From positions 84,134,001 to 84,198,000 of the forward strand of contig CM060731.1 in assembly GCA_030704615.1 (NCBI GenBank): a stretch of 64,000 bases of DNA, read 5' to 3'. Origin of the DNA: Takakia lepidozioides. Taxonomy: Eukaryota; Plantae; Bryophyta. A program made the translations under genes and the position numbers. The notes under the pieces were generated by a model. That model was given only the letters and a program-made list of their open reading frames with translations, searched no databases and was not told the origin of the DNA. Positions 1 to 13,800 of this stretch are shown piece by piece. Numbering within the stretch: position 1 is the first letter of the stretch; each line of letters opens with the position of its first letter.

Positions 1-67
1 AAAGGTGAAATCGATATGAAGTGGCGTTCAGTCAAAATTGCCTTCAAATTGAGGATCCCCCACAACC

Positions 68-3000
68 TCATGTTCGGGTCAGTTTGAGGAACTTGGTAGA
101 CCACAGGGCCGTGCTGCCTACAGTGTCACTGAGCATCACAATGGGAGGCCTAACATCATTGTTGGGGTATGGTAGAGCAACATCTGCCCCATGTACTGAT
201 TCAACCGAGACAACATGATAATCGGCATGAACGACATAAGCCAGCCAGTCAGTCGACATGCCCAATATATGGCCCACGCCTGCCTTCCGTTTGGGTGCAT
301 TGGGGTCAAACATTGTGACCTTGTCACCAACCTGAAACTGGGACAGCCAACACCACCAATGTGTGCCCTTGTCATTTGTTATGCACATGCAACAGTTATG
401 GACAGGGAAAACGCGAGATGCCATCATATAGCCCTACAAACAAAATACGGATGTACTTCCACGAAGGAAAACTTACAACAGGTGCCGGCGCTTTGAAGCT
501 TCCCATACGGCTCCCATCAATGTTGCTGGCAGCAAGTCTTGCGGACTTCTTCCTCATATTCACCGCAACAATTTCCTTTGGTGGCTTTTGAATCAATAGA
601 AACCCACACATGTACACAGAAGTCATGATTGGCCTGCAGGTATTGCATAATCGACTTGGAACAGCACAAGAATATAGGAACACGAGTACTTACCTTCCGT
701 ACAACGGCCAATTTTGTTGTTGAATCAATGTTCTTCCCTGCCCCAACAATAACCACTCCTGTGCCCTTAGCCCCTGCCCCTATGTCTTGGGCACTCTGTC
801 TAAGTTCACTGCCGGTGTGATCCTCCAGTACAGGCACTCCCTTCTCAATAAGGGGGGATAGGTCATCATTGGCACCATAATTAAGGCAAGGATCGTCACA
901 TGCCATGTTCTGAACTTTGTCCTCACCTGTGGCATCTTCTTCCACAATACTGCCCCCTTTCCTTTGTCCACTGCCTCCACTGCTAGGAGGCTGCTCACCT
1001 GTACTTGTCATTTCCACAGTAGTCGCAGGTGGGACAACACCATGAACAGGGGGCGACAACTCACACACAATGTTTGATGTTGATGGAGATTCATCCCTCG
1101 GCAGGTCCAAACCGAGCTTCGCTGCCAATGCCATGTTGAACTTGTCTGTCTTAGATACTGCAGCGGCAAACATGGATTTCACTACCTGCAATTCCAATTT
1201 GTGCTCCATTGAGCTGGCCTCCATTGTATGTTTCCATCCTTCCAAGCCATCAAGCCGAGAAGCCAATGCTCCAAGGCCCTGCCACAAAAAGAGTGCAAAT
1301 ACGATTCAATACATCTATCGCACTAGCCATGCGAGGTAATTTATTGGACAACAACACAGGAAGGCAAAACCATAAATAATTGACAAGCACATCATTGCAA
1401 CAAATGCAGGTGGGTTAGTTACTTACAGATCGGGTGGCCCTGCTGAATCAGAACCATACCCCTTGTTGCTATTCTTGCTCCCCGAAATTTCGGATAGAAG
1501 TGGAGGACGACCACTTGTCTTAGCCTACACATGGACATGATATGGGAATATTAGTGCCATCCTCTAAGAGTAAGATACAAATGACAAGACACCTCACTAC
1601 CTGAATATATTGGCAATGTCATGAGACAGGCAGATTTACCAGACGTTCCTCAACGCCGCTAAGGCCACTGCGTCCAGATCTCGAAGGGGCACCAACATGC
1701 CCCCGTGCATGCTTGCCATTATCACGACTCTTTTGCCATTCGGGCGTGTTCCAATGCCTCACAAGTTCTGCCCAAGTCTTGTCCGCAACATAGTGGGGCT
1801 TAGGTTTGCCACGGGAGTACACTTTTCTAAACAGTTTGATGCGCTGGTATTTAATGACGCCTCCAATCTCAGTTCGAAGTTGGGCGCCAGTTATCCCAGG
1901 AGGTAAATATTCCCAATCATCTGCTAATAGTTCACCCACCTCGTCAATCAGACTTTGAGGTTGAAGATGGATGGGCACAGAACAGTCCAGCACACGTTGG
2001 CATTGCCCTCGCAGGGCTGCCAGCCAGTCATTCCGTGCATCCCCGCATGGGCCCTTTTTGCCACACGCAACTATGAATCTCTTTTGCCCAGCAGCTACAT
2101 TTGCACAAGACGTTTCCTTCAACCCTCTCCGTGCTACTCTCCTCGCCTTGCGCAAAAAATTGGCTCTGTCCTTGCCAGTCAAATGTTGCGCATCTGGAGT
2201 CATATTGGAATCACGGGCCTCCTCTCCTCCCTCACAACCTGCAACATGGGGCCCTTCGGGCGGACATGAACCCTGCCACGCACCAACGTGGGGTGTGGGG
2301 TGGGCAGGAACATAACCTGTGCTCGGAGCTGGTGAGCTTGGGAATTGAAGAGGCCGCGAAGCGTTGCAATTGGGTGAAGCTATGGGCTGCCTGGAATAAG
2401 GGCCATGCAACGGCGCACTATACATGGGGCTTCTGGGATACGTTGCCTGGGGAGGATGCGCAGGTGGGGGAGGGTTGGGGTGAGGGTACCACACACCTTC
2501 GTGGTAGTGCCCATGCTGAACAGGAGCATGTTGTGCTTCCCCAGTTTGCGGAAATGCCCCACACGGAACTGCACATGACCGGTTCTCCCCTGACGGGCTG
2601 TTTGCATTGTACGACTGAGAAAAGGGCGGGTGAATTTCAGGGGCGGCTGGAACATGAGCAGTCTGTTGTTCATACTGTGCATACCTCTGAATGCCAGGGG
2701 GATAAAATGCACCAGTGTTACGTGGAAAGGAGGGAGGGCCTCCTCCATCCGGGGTTGGTTGAAGACGTGGGGAGGGATGGTTGAAGACACCTGCCGGAGC
2801 AACTCCCTTCTTCTTTCTCACTGGATCCTGCAAATCAACATGTGGGAAAGAGTTATGTAGGAAGATAAAGCATGAACATCATGTAGGATACATCAACAAA
2901 AAACGCGCTCTATAATATACATACACTGAATGCAGCAGAAATCGCACCCAAAATGCATTTAGGTCTGATCCATTGAACACGCCAAACGTCACTGGGAAAG

Positions 3001-4389
3001 TCCTCCTTGTATGTTTCGACCCTCTTTCGGGGTTCTTTGGGGAATCCCTTGTAGGCACAATCTGGCCCCGATGACCATCGTACATATCAATGAGAGTACA
3101 ATATGATAATGGCTGATAATGGCTTCACATATTATCAACATTTGACAATAGAGGGGGCAGGAAGATGGGGGAGGAAGAGTCGTGAGCGCCCCCTCTCGGA
3201 CATGGCTGGCTGATGAGGCGGTTACCATCGTGCTCCTGGGGGTTCCTCCTCTCCCACTACAATTTCTTTCTTGTTGCAACATGACACCACAATATGCAGC
3301 CCCCTACCTGTGCAGGTCCCTCCCTCCCACAACCCCCTTTGCGCTTTTTGGGTATTAAGACAGGCCATCACAAGTTTGAACCTCCTGTGAGGGAGTCAGC
3401 AATCTGCAGAGTTGCATTTCTCATGGCACAAAATGGAAAAATGTATAGAAGACTTTAATAACAGATTTGGGTTCCAAGGAATAGACAGTAGATAAACCCT
3501 TGTATCATGAGGTATAGAGGGCAAGAAAGTGGTGCTTCATCCTGCTAGTGGAAAATGGAAAAAACTGCTGGGACCAAAAGGAAAAACAAATAAGAAGATG
3601 CAAATCCTGCCACAAACCTAAGAAATCAGTACAGCAAATGCCCACTTACCTCTCGTGGAAGAGGAGCTGGCCGTTTTGGTGCCCTCGGAGCATGCGTTGC
3701 ATTGGGAGGCTCGGTCAGTCCACATGCACCACTGATGTAGTTCTCCAAATCTGATACCTTGTCCACATCATCTCCATCCTCGTCCTCCTCTATGTCCTCG
3801 TGCATTTCCTCCTCCGAATCGTCGTCGTCATCTATGTTGTAATCCTCATCGAGCTCCTGATCACGCTCGTCGAGTTCCTCTGCCTCAGAGCCCACCGACT
3901 GGGGAGTCTCGGGCTCTTCCTCCGCCATCGAAGGTAATGCTAGTTCTTTCAAGCGCCCACTTCGTCGAGGAGGCCCGTTCCACACAACTTTGGAGCTCCT
4001 AGTCGGCCGTTGTACACTCCTAGCTATGCTGCGCACACATTTCCAAAACCCTGTGTGAATCTTGCCCTAAACAAAAGGCGATCGTGAAAGTGCCATCACC
4101 ATGAAACCTATGGGAGGGAAAAGCAGTAGGCTAATGTGGTGGGAAACCCCTACTCACTACCTGTGTAGCATGCATACTAAGGACAAGGGTGATCTGCTCA
4201 CCTGCGCGCAACGCTCCCAATGTTCAGCTGAGCCAACGTCTCCTTGTTGGCCGCTATGCGCCTCTCTCGCTCTTCCTCGTAGGCAGTGCGTGGAGGGGTG
4301 TCGGGTGTAGAGGCCTTGCGTGTCCGTGCCATGGCGGGTTCCTCCTCGTCGCTCAAATCGCAGTAATCGACCTCAAACAAGACTACCAT
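68..4389 (-). CDS. CACTA/En-Spm TnpA-like accessory gene, multi-exon, possibly degenerate
   Basis: Minus-strand segments: 4198-4389 (YEEERERRIAANKETLAQLNI, a common TnpA N-terminal helix); acidic segment 3626-4036; 1619-2833 with Transposase_24-like TWAELVRHWNTPEWQKSRDNGKHARGH..SRSGRSG; 68-427 with Tnp1/En-Spm-like VVSVESV..DVALPYP..LSDTVGSTALW. Exon boundaries are not fully resolved. Confidence 0.65.
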
Positions 4390-4558
4390 GATCTACTGAT
4401 CAAACAATAGAAGGAGCGCATGTAGGAAACAGAGGGGAGGTGGACCCGCCATACGAATACTCCAACGCCTGCAAGCACAAACGTAGGTTCCCCACATCCG
4501 AGCACTCGCTGACTTCCCACTTCAAAAACTAGCCAAACCCAGAAGCGTTTCGTGGGGG

Positions 4559-7500
4559 ATGAGAGAGGCCGGAACTAGAAACACCCGGCGCCGCACTGCG
4601 GTGCCCCACACTGACGCAGGACTTTGGCAAATCGAGGAACGACGTGCAACTAGACTGGGTATTTCAAAGATAATGTGTCCCTGCAACGACTGCCATGGGG
4701 GTCGACTCCAATTCGTGGAAACTGCCAAATTGCATTTGCTTGCCAACGACCGGGATCCACTGTTGGGTTATCCCATGGTGAGTGACGTGCATCTCTCGCC
4801 TCACTTCTCGCAGACATAACTTAGGATGAAGCCCTTAGAATGGTAATGTTGAACGGCCCTCCACTGTACATGTACGGTGGACTACTGTATGGAAACTAGC
4901 ACGGTCAATTTGGAGATTCCCTGTTTTATGCAACACGTTACATTTTGGACAAGACTATACTCTTATAGTTTGCAGGTGAACATGCAGGTGGAGAGTGTCG
5001 ACTCCGAAGACGAAGACTTTGTGGAAGAACGTAGCCCCCCTGAGGATGATGTGGAAAGACAAATTAGCCTGTTCCTGTTCGTGGTGGAGAGAATCTAGAC
5101 CCCGACGTCGACATCATTCGCATGTTGCAGGAAACATTTGCAGTTGCAGATAATGTGCAAAGCACCATTAATGAGGATGAAGGGCTTGGAGAAGACGAGC
5201 GCCATCATGATGGACAAAGTCATGGGGATGGGGATGACGGTGCTGCTTTCCAATTTCAGCATCAAGCAACCACACCTCTGTATGTTGGCTGCCCCACCAG
5301 CTGCTTGAGTGCGACGTTGCTTTTGCTCAATGTTAGTGCTACTCATGGTGTCACAAACGCAGCGATGGATGAGCTTCTGAAACTTTTTCACGGACATCTA
5401 TTGCCTAAAGGGAACTTTTTGCCCAAATCTCATTACGAAGCGAAGAAACTTATAACAAAAGCTGGGCTTAATTACGATAGCATCCATGCTTGTGAGAAGG
5501 GATGTGTGCTATAGGGAGATCTGCAGGATGCACCATCTTGCCCTAAATGTGGGGCGCCTCGGTACATCCCTGGCATGAAGACGTTGGTTCCACAGAAGGT
5601 CTTGCGGCATTTCCCCTTGATTCCCCGGCTGCAGCGCATGTACAAGTGCAAGGAGATATCTAAGCTTATGGTGTGGCACATGGAGAACCAAAGTCAAGAT
5701 GGGAAGATGAGACACCCGCCTGACAGCCTTGCATGGAAATACATTGACGATACATGGCCTGCTTTTGCAGCTGAACCTCGCAACTTGCGACTAGGTCTGG
5801 CATGGGATGGTATCAATCCCTTTGGTGATAAATCAACAAAATGGTCTACGTGGCCAGTCTTGCTCATGAACTACAACCTTCCTCCTTGGCTGAGCACAAA
5901 GCCTTTTTTTATGATGTTGACACTCTTAATTCCAGGGACATCCGTGAAGAAGACCAATGCGGATGTGTTCTTGCAGCCTCTGGTGGATGAGCTGACCGTG
6001 TTGTGGGAAGGTGTTAGGGCTAATGATGCATCTGGCAATGAAGGATCAAGGACCTTTGTCATGAGAGCCATTCTGATGTGGTCAGTACATGACTATCCTG
6101 CATATGCCATGCTAGCAGGGTGTGCAGTTGGGGGCTACAAGGCTTGTCCCGTGTGCGGGCCCAATCTTGATGCCAGGCACTCCAGTGCACTGAGCAAAAT
6201 GGTGTACCAGGGGCACAGAAAATTCTTACCAGCAGGCCATCCATATAGACGCAATCGCAACCACTTCAATGGAGCCTCCGATCACAGACCACCCCCCCCC
6301 AAGTATCCACTGTGGATCAGCTCCAAAATGCGGAGGAAAACGAGGGTTCATGGAAACATTTGGCAGCCGTCGTCGGAATGTGTGCCCTGCCAAATCCCAT
6401 GGCATGAAGCGAAGGTCGATCCTTTGGAACCTGCCATATTGGAAGGTGGGTATGTCTTCATTGTTTGTTTGTCGGCAGGGCTGATTTCATAGTTGCATGG
6501 ATACAGTTGTAAGGATCATCACACACGACTTAGATTTCAGCCTAATGCAAATTGCATGAAGCAAGTTTGGAGTCGCCTATGTATGGCACATGTAGCAGCA
6601 ATATGGTTGTTTCCATGAAAATGTCTGGCTTTTGTCTCTCTGGATACTGTCTGCAGCATGCAAGGCTGGTTTCTTCCTTTTCCCATTATTAAGATGTCAT
6701 CTCTTGGCTTTACCATCAAAGTATACCATATTGATGGTGGTTCCATGATTGCAGGATTTGTTGATACGGTATACCCTTGATGTTATGCACTGTGAAAAAA
6801 ACATTTATGAAAACATATTGCGCACCATATTGGGGGAAAAGGACACAGTAAAGAGCAGGAAGGACATGGAGAATGAGGGCATACGACCTCACTTATGGTT
6901 AAAACCCCACCCCGGAGATGGCAGGAAGTTGGTGAAGCCGCAGGCTCCTTACGTGTTGAATCGACAGGAAACTACTACCTTCTATGCAACTTTGGGTGCT
7001 CTAAAGACACCGACAGGGTATGGTGCTTCATTTAAGAAGCATATTGCTAAGAACAAGCTTTCACACATGAAGAGTCATGACTACCATCTACTGATGCAAC
7101 AAGTTCTACCTTTGTGCATTCGAGGTTTGCTGGGCAAAGGTCCAAGGCTCGCAATCATGAAGCTATCTCGTGTATTTCGCGCATTGTGCATGAAAACAGT
7201 GGATCCCGAGGAACTACCAGCCCTGAAGGAGGATGTGGTTGTAACGCTTTGTTTGTTGGAGAAAGAGTTTCCCCCCTCATTCTTCGATCTCATGACCCAC
7301 CTTGTGCTACACCTTGTGAATGAATTGGAGGTTTGTGGTCCTGTTAGTTCGCGTTGGATGTACCCCATCGAGAGGTACATGAAAAATTTGAAGGGATATG
7401 TGAAGAGCTATGCCCGGCCAGAAGGTTGCATGGCCAGGAGGTATTCTCTTGGAGAGGCTCTTGGCCTCCTCATAGAGTACATGGCTGCATTTCCAGGAAC

Positions 7501-8753
7501 TTGTAGAAGGGTCTGGGATTGCAACGAAGAAGAAAGTGTTGCGGGAGAAGTATTAGAGGGCTTTGGAACTCCAAGGAAACTGTCGGCTGAGCTTCGGGCT
7601 AGTGCACACGACTATGTGCTTCACAACACGGCGTGCATGAGACCGTTTCTGAGGTAAGTATACATCGTTTATTTGGCTTCACATGCTAACTCTGGGGGCC
7701 ATTTCCGGACACAAAATTGGCGCATTCACAATTTTCACTCAGCCTCTTTGTACATACTATGGTCCTGACTAAGTGTGAATTGAGTATGACCAGACTTTAT
7801 GATATTGAGAAGGCCACCATAGAATCAGCCAGAGCTGAATTTCGAGCCACATACACCACCCAAGGGAGAAATGCACACCAACGCACCGTTCCATACCCCG
7901 AAAACATGTTGCCTTTGCCTGCTTTTCATATGTGGATACAGTCGGCAGTACAAAATGTTGTTTCAAGAGGAGCAGCGTATGATGCAAATATTCGTCATCT
8001 GTGTAAGCCACCAGGGTTTGTTGCTCGTTCATTTCGGTCTATGTGGGCATACGGAAATCACTTTAGAGTGGTGGAAACAGGTGTGGTTGATTACCATGTC
8101 ACATTCGACTCTAGGGTTGCACAGATTTTTGCCGAAGAGTCAACGGGAAGGGGTGTGGATGGTAACCTGTCATGAACCAGCTGCAATATGTTGGTGTTGT
8201 TCGTGAAATTTTACAGCTTCAGTATGGTGCTGTCACTCCTGTAGTATTCATATGTGAATGGGTCAGAGCAAGCTTGTCAGGTCGCAACCGCACCATGAAG
8301 AAGGATGAGTATGGTTTCCTACTCGTGGACTTCGATCGCATGTTGCCACCGGGAGATGAACCATTCACATTTCCATGGCAAGTCGAGCAAGTTTTTTTTG
8401 CAGATGAGCCCTCCAACGCTGGTAACTGGAAAGTAGTACTTCAGAAGGAGCCGCGCTCACGGCGCGTGGTACATGATGTCACTGGTGTCAGCTTTGGTGA
8501 GAATGAGTCATGCGTAAGGATGCAAGTGGCGGAGGCATTGGAGGATGTGAATCCCAACACAGAATTTGGACCTTCAACGACCCTTACCGAAGCTGAGATG
8601 GCTACTATTGCTATGATGAGGCCCCCACGAAGGGACGAACCATGGCACCGAGATAGTGAGGATTGCAACACTGACCATGAGTGTAGTGAAAGTAGTAGCG
8701 ATGAAGATGACTACATCTGGGAAAATGACAATAGCGTCATGTTGACATTTTAA
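4559..8753 (+). pseudogene. CACTA/En-Spm transposase (TnpD): transposase-associated, Transposase_21, DUF4218 and DUF4216 domains
   Basis: IMCPCNDC..LHLL at 4559-4777; LPKSHYEAKKLI..IHACEKGCVL ending in an in-frame TAG at 5512-5514; LRHFPLIPRLQRMY, FAAEPRNLRLGLAWDGINPF and NLPPW at 5575-6300; frameshift in the C-run near 6291-6300; LDVMHCEKN, MKSHDYH, FPPSFFDLMTHL and RWMYPIERYM at 6749-7657; DEYGFLLVDF and EPFTFPWQVEQVFF at 8172-8753. Confidence 0.93.
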
Positions 8754-10307
8754 CTGACACACTGAGTGACATTTTTAGTTCCAAATCACTGGACACCCTG
8801 TGCTTCAGCCACTGGCCTGGTAAAATGACATATGCATTATATGACATTTTGAGTGGCACACTAAGGCGCATTTTGAGTCCCAAATCAGCGCACATCCTGT
8901 GTTGCAACCTCCACTTATTGCGGTTATTTTCCCTGTGAATGTAGCAGCGAGGAAGATGATTCCTGGTAAAAGGGCAATAGCGTCATGTTGGCATTTTGGG
9001 TTGCTTCAGTTGTTACTCCACCTCTCTACTATCTCCCCCCCTGCCCACATCCATGCCTTACTTACTCTCTAGCTACGAACTGAATTCTGATGCCTCTGCT
9101 CCTCCCTCCCCCGCTCTATTTTCCCTGTGTTCAGATTGTGGGGGTTGGGTGCAATGTGTTGGGGATGTACTTTTTTATAATGTTTGTTCTGGTTTGGTGC
9201 AGTCGGGGGACAATCTGCACAACAAGTCACATGTTGGATCTGATGGGCATTGCAACTGTGGATGCTGATTCACATGTCTTCCCCACTAATGGGACCCCTC
9301 TGTTCATGCTTGGGATTTGGCAAGTTCGTAAACCCCCACTTTTTTGACTCTGTGCTTGCAGGTCACATGGGCAGAGCCATGCATGGGGCAGAGCCATTCA
9401 GTTGGCTACAGGTTCAATTCCTCCGCACATGACAGTATGTGGCCCTATTTATGATGGCTTTGACTTACTCATAGAGAGGGCTCGTTCCACGGTTACTCTA
9501 TTTTTTGGCTTGTTTAAAAACCCTCACTGTGACAGGGATGAGGCTTCTATCATTGCTCAATTTAGAGGCGATGTGATGGTGGAGGAGAATGTTCATGAAT
9601 CACAAGAAGGTATGGGGCACCTCGGAACCCATGAATTCAGAATCATGGAGATTCCAGATTCATATATAGCCAAAGTTGATCTTTTGCTTTGTGATTTCTC
9701 TCTGTTTCTCATGTTTGTGAGATTTGGTGCTTCATCCCTCTGCATGTACCACCCCGCTTTGTCATGATTGCGAGTTGGAATTGTAGAGATGACCTTTCTT
9801 TGAAAACATACATACTTTGTATGGGGGGCTTGAGGTGAGCAATCCAAAGACCATTATGTGTTACAAACACCAATTACCAGTCCACATTATGGGTGTGTAC
9901 TTTGCATGGATTTGCAACCCCCCACATTATTTGGTCCTTCCGAAAATAAAACTCTTTCTTGCTAGAGCTGGAAGCTCATGGGCGCTATGCCTTCAACCAT
10001 CCAGATGTGTTGTTATTTGTTCTGAATGTGGACATCACCACATGTGCACTTGTAATTTTACCGCCCATTACCAAGTTGTTGTACCACACATGAAACAAAA
10101 GTATTACAGATTCATAAGCAGTATGGTTGAAAGGTCTGAGAAGTAGATAACAAGAGGCAAGCTGAACGTCGTACAGGGGACACTCAGTTTTTGACAGGAG
10201 AGGCCAGTTAAGTACGTAAACTTGAGGCAAAACCCAAAAGGATAATGTACGCAGGCTGAAATGTGGATAGTCTCTGCATTGCTACTGCTTCACCCCCAAA
10301 CCATCAA

Positions 10308-10690
10308 TGACGCAATGGCGTGAGCGTTGCGCGTGAGCGCGCGAGCGTACGCTCACGCAGGAGTGACGTGGCGTGAGCCTGCACACACGCTGATGTGGCG
10401 GTAAATGATGACGTGGCACTGTCCGTCATCTGCCACGTCAGCATTAACATGCGTCGCCTATAACCGTGGATGGTCCTATGACTGTGGAATTAATGCAGGG
10501 AATCTTGCCTAAATAGAATCAAGACGAGCGTTGAGGCCTACAATTGCAGCATCCAACATTGTGCAATTACAAATGCTTGTTTCACTTTTACAATTACGAG
10601 GACGAAAAAATATCCTCACAAAGTGTGCGCCATAAAGGCTGCCACGGGAAGACCTTCCTCCCTCCTCAAATAACAATGAGAGTTAGGATC
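10308..10690. mobile_element. Terminal/subterminal region of Mutator-like element, family A
   Basis: GC-rich end with repeated CGTGAGC/GCTCAC and ACGTGG motifs. It is homologous over ~400 bp to 54048-54460, which begins exactly where a Copia ORF is broken, so the shared left boundary is a real element end. Confidence 0.75.
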
Positions 10691-10894
10691 ATCTTCAAAA
10701 GATGATTGTAGTGCATAGCGACAGCAAGACATATAGACTTCGAACGGTGTAATGACAAATGTGCACTACCTAAAAGTTGTCACTCAGAGCTCACTCCGTA
10801 TAGTTGGAGGCCATATCATTGCACCGCCGATGAATTGATGTGAATTACACATTTCAAATCATGGTCGTCCACATACCACATTTCATAGTTGATG

Positions 10895-13800
10895 CTACCC
10901 ATGTGTTGTATCCCGCTGCAAAAGAGTATCGACCTCATTGAAACTCATAGTGGCCTGGTGAATGAAGTTGTCACGTTTGGGATCGCAAACCATCCTCTTC
11001 AAAAATATGAAATACAAATGTTTGCAGGGTATGAATTTACCTCTCTTGCCCAAACTGGTTGATAGCATATTCACAAAATCAGGACATGTGCAATTGGGGA
11101 AATTGGAAACCGTGATGTCGTAGGTCCTGTCATGAACAGCAGATGTGGAAGTGATGATTGTGAATACCCGACCATATCCTGGATCGGGTACTTCCGTGGT
11201 GCTTCCAACACGAGCTTGGAGCATTCTTGCGGACTCCACTTTGCCAAAGTGTTCAGCGGTTGGAGGGAAACGCCGAACGAGCTTTCCATCTCGTTTGGTT
11301 GGCCACAAGTCAGGATTTGCCGGGGGGACCCGGGAGGACGCAGAAGTAGTAGCACATGCATGGAGTTGGGGTTGTCTCGCAAGGGAAAAACCTGCCTCCT
11401 CCAGCATTTCAATCTCCTGAAAGCTGAGATGTGTTCCCACCTTCACGGATCAAACGGTTGGAGGAGATGGCTTCATCACTACGGAAGGACGCACAGTTCC
11501 ATGCACACATCTGGCACAATCATCTGCGCAAAACCAGAACTTGTGGTTCTTGGCTTCTGGTTGACCGTATGGACGCATCAAGCCCGTGAAAGTCGGAGCA
11601 GGAGTTCGGGCACCACCTTTGGATATAGATGAAGTGCACTTCTCGAAATTAGTTGCCCTGATCGCTGTACATTTCACACGAGACCCTACACTTGTGCGTT
11701 CTATGTGCCAAATGTGGTCGGGGCATGCGGACTCAAACACATCAAGGGGGTTGTTTCTCTCCTGCACAAGTTCAGTGGCACTGTTTGATGCTGGAGCTTG
11801 CCGTCGTGTTGGAGGTTCCTCCACAATGGAGGTTCCGGACATGGAGCTGTCATGCAGGGGAACACGAGGCTTCGAGAAGTTATCACGGTCTGCCCTGTGG
11901 GAATCTGAATCCGAACTAGGTGGAGTGTTCAATTTCCTCTTACAGGAGCCGAATCTCTCCTCCCCTTCGAGATGTGGAACTCTAGAAACAAGTGGCGTTC
12001 CCTGGGCATACATGCTCACCGCCCGTGCTATCTTGATTGGATCCCCAGATCTGTTTGCAGCACGCAACATCAACTCCCATTTGTCCGGACCCTTGCCACC
12101 AACCCCACCTCGTAAGAAATCACGGTATCGGGTTTGTTGTTGCAAGGCACGTATCAAATCATCTGTTGTTGCCACATACAAATCCCGACCTCGTTTCCCA
12201 GACTGCTGCAACCATGCGTTGTGCACAGTTTCTGCCAAATTGCAAGATGGCATGTCCGCCATTTCCTCAATGGACATGTTCTGCAAAGTGCAGAACCACA
12301 CTTCAAAACAGTGAACAGAAAACAACATAAAGAAAGCGAGGACACAATAAAATGGAAAGCAAATGTATGAAAAAGCAATAAATATCAGCCTCGTACCAAT
12401 GGCATGGCTGCTCCCCACTGTCTATACCGGAAGTGCCAAAATGCCAGCCAATCTTCCAATGCTCTCATACTCTCAAGTGATGCAGCTCCAGAAGAGAACC
12501 ACCAGGCACGAATTGTCTGGAACAAAGTGTCCGCCTCCTTCATTGTTCTAGCATCTTTGTACTTTTGCACAATTTACGGTGCTGAGTCTGCATCTCTGGT
12601 TTGATGTCCGACTTTGTATGTTTTTCCAGAGATTGTGTCCAATGGAATAGACATGCACGCTCTCTTCCTCGCATTGGAACTTTTGGGTCGCCCGATCCGA
12701 AGACAATACGAACAGCATTGAAATTTGCTTGAGCACTATCCGCCATGAAACCTGCAAAATTTGGAGATGGCAGCCCATGGCAGCCCATGACACGTATCAG
12801 GGAATTCCACATGAGCTTCTGGGATTCCGTATCCTCGGATTGCATGTCACAAACTGCAATTGTCATAACTCGTTGGTACACTGGATCGTAGACATGACAA
12901 GCCATTGTTGTCCAATCCTTCACTCGTTTCACATGATCAAACATAAGAAAACAGTTCTGCAAGTCCCCAGTCTTCTGCATCCGCTTCACGAGGTAACCCC
13001 ACTGCCCTCCCCAACAGTCGACATTTTGAAAAGAAAAACTTTGATGGCACCTTGACCTGGGAATACATTGTCCTGGATGTAATTGTACTTGCTCACTCGT
13101 TTCAATTCCAAAATATTGTCTATGAAGCCTCTGATCCCAGAGCCCATTCTCAATGCATTGATCTGATGCCGAATGTTCGGTGAACTTAAAGTGGAGAAAT
13201 GATCCATGACCAGGTCCAATGCTGCACCATCAAGTTTAGTCCCCAAAGAATCCTCTTCACTCAAAATATGGCTTTCCAAGAAGGACTTGCTTGCGCCAAG
13301 AGCAATTGCAGATGTTGTTGCGGATGGGTTTCTCCCGAACTCCTGTTTAATCAACCTCGATACTGTCTCAACACTCTCCCTGTAATCCCCTTCGAGACAG
13401 GATGGTTATGGAATCCGAAATGCACACAAGCTCTTGTCATTGTTTTCAAACGGTGGACAACATAGTACATTCTTGCTCCGCAGAGCGCCAAGCAGGATGG
13501 CACAAGTTTGCAGAATTTGCAGACGAAAGTGTTTGCCGGTGGAGGGGCAGTCCCAGGCTGAAATGGATTTTCCGCCAGACCCTCCCATTCGCTTTGATTA
13601 TGAACTCCAGACTGAAGAAAGTGTCTGCAATTCAAATTATCACACCTAAGGTGTCCATTGCAAACTGTCCTCCTGAAAACAAGCTTGTCATCATTCTGAA
13701 TATTGGATGTTTTTGTTCTGCACCACGGGTGCCCGTCGTGTTTCTTGTCCATTCCATGCATCATGATTGTTACACCTCCAACTCGCGGAGGAGGAGGCAG

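Noticed and set aside
8754-10302. CACTA terminal inverted repeat or an additional gene
   Set aside because: Only short degenerate direct repeats (8697-8996) and small ORFs without recognisable motifs; no convincing CACTA/G end.
11586-12314. Long antisense ORFs over transposases (also 62178-62888 and 2101-2784)
   Set aside because: They are shadow frames opposite recognisable coding sequence and contain no motifs.
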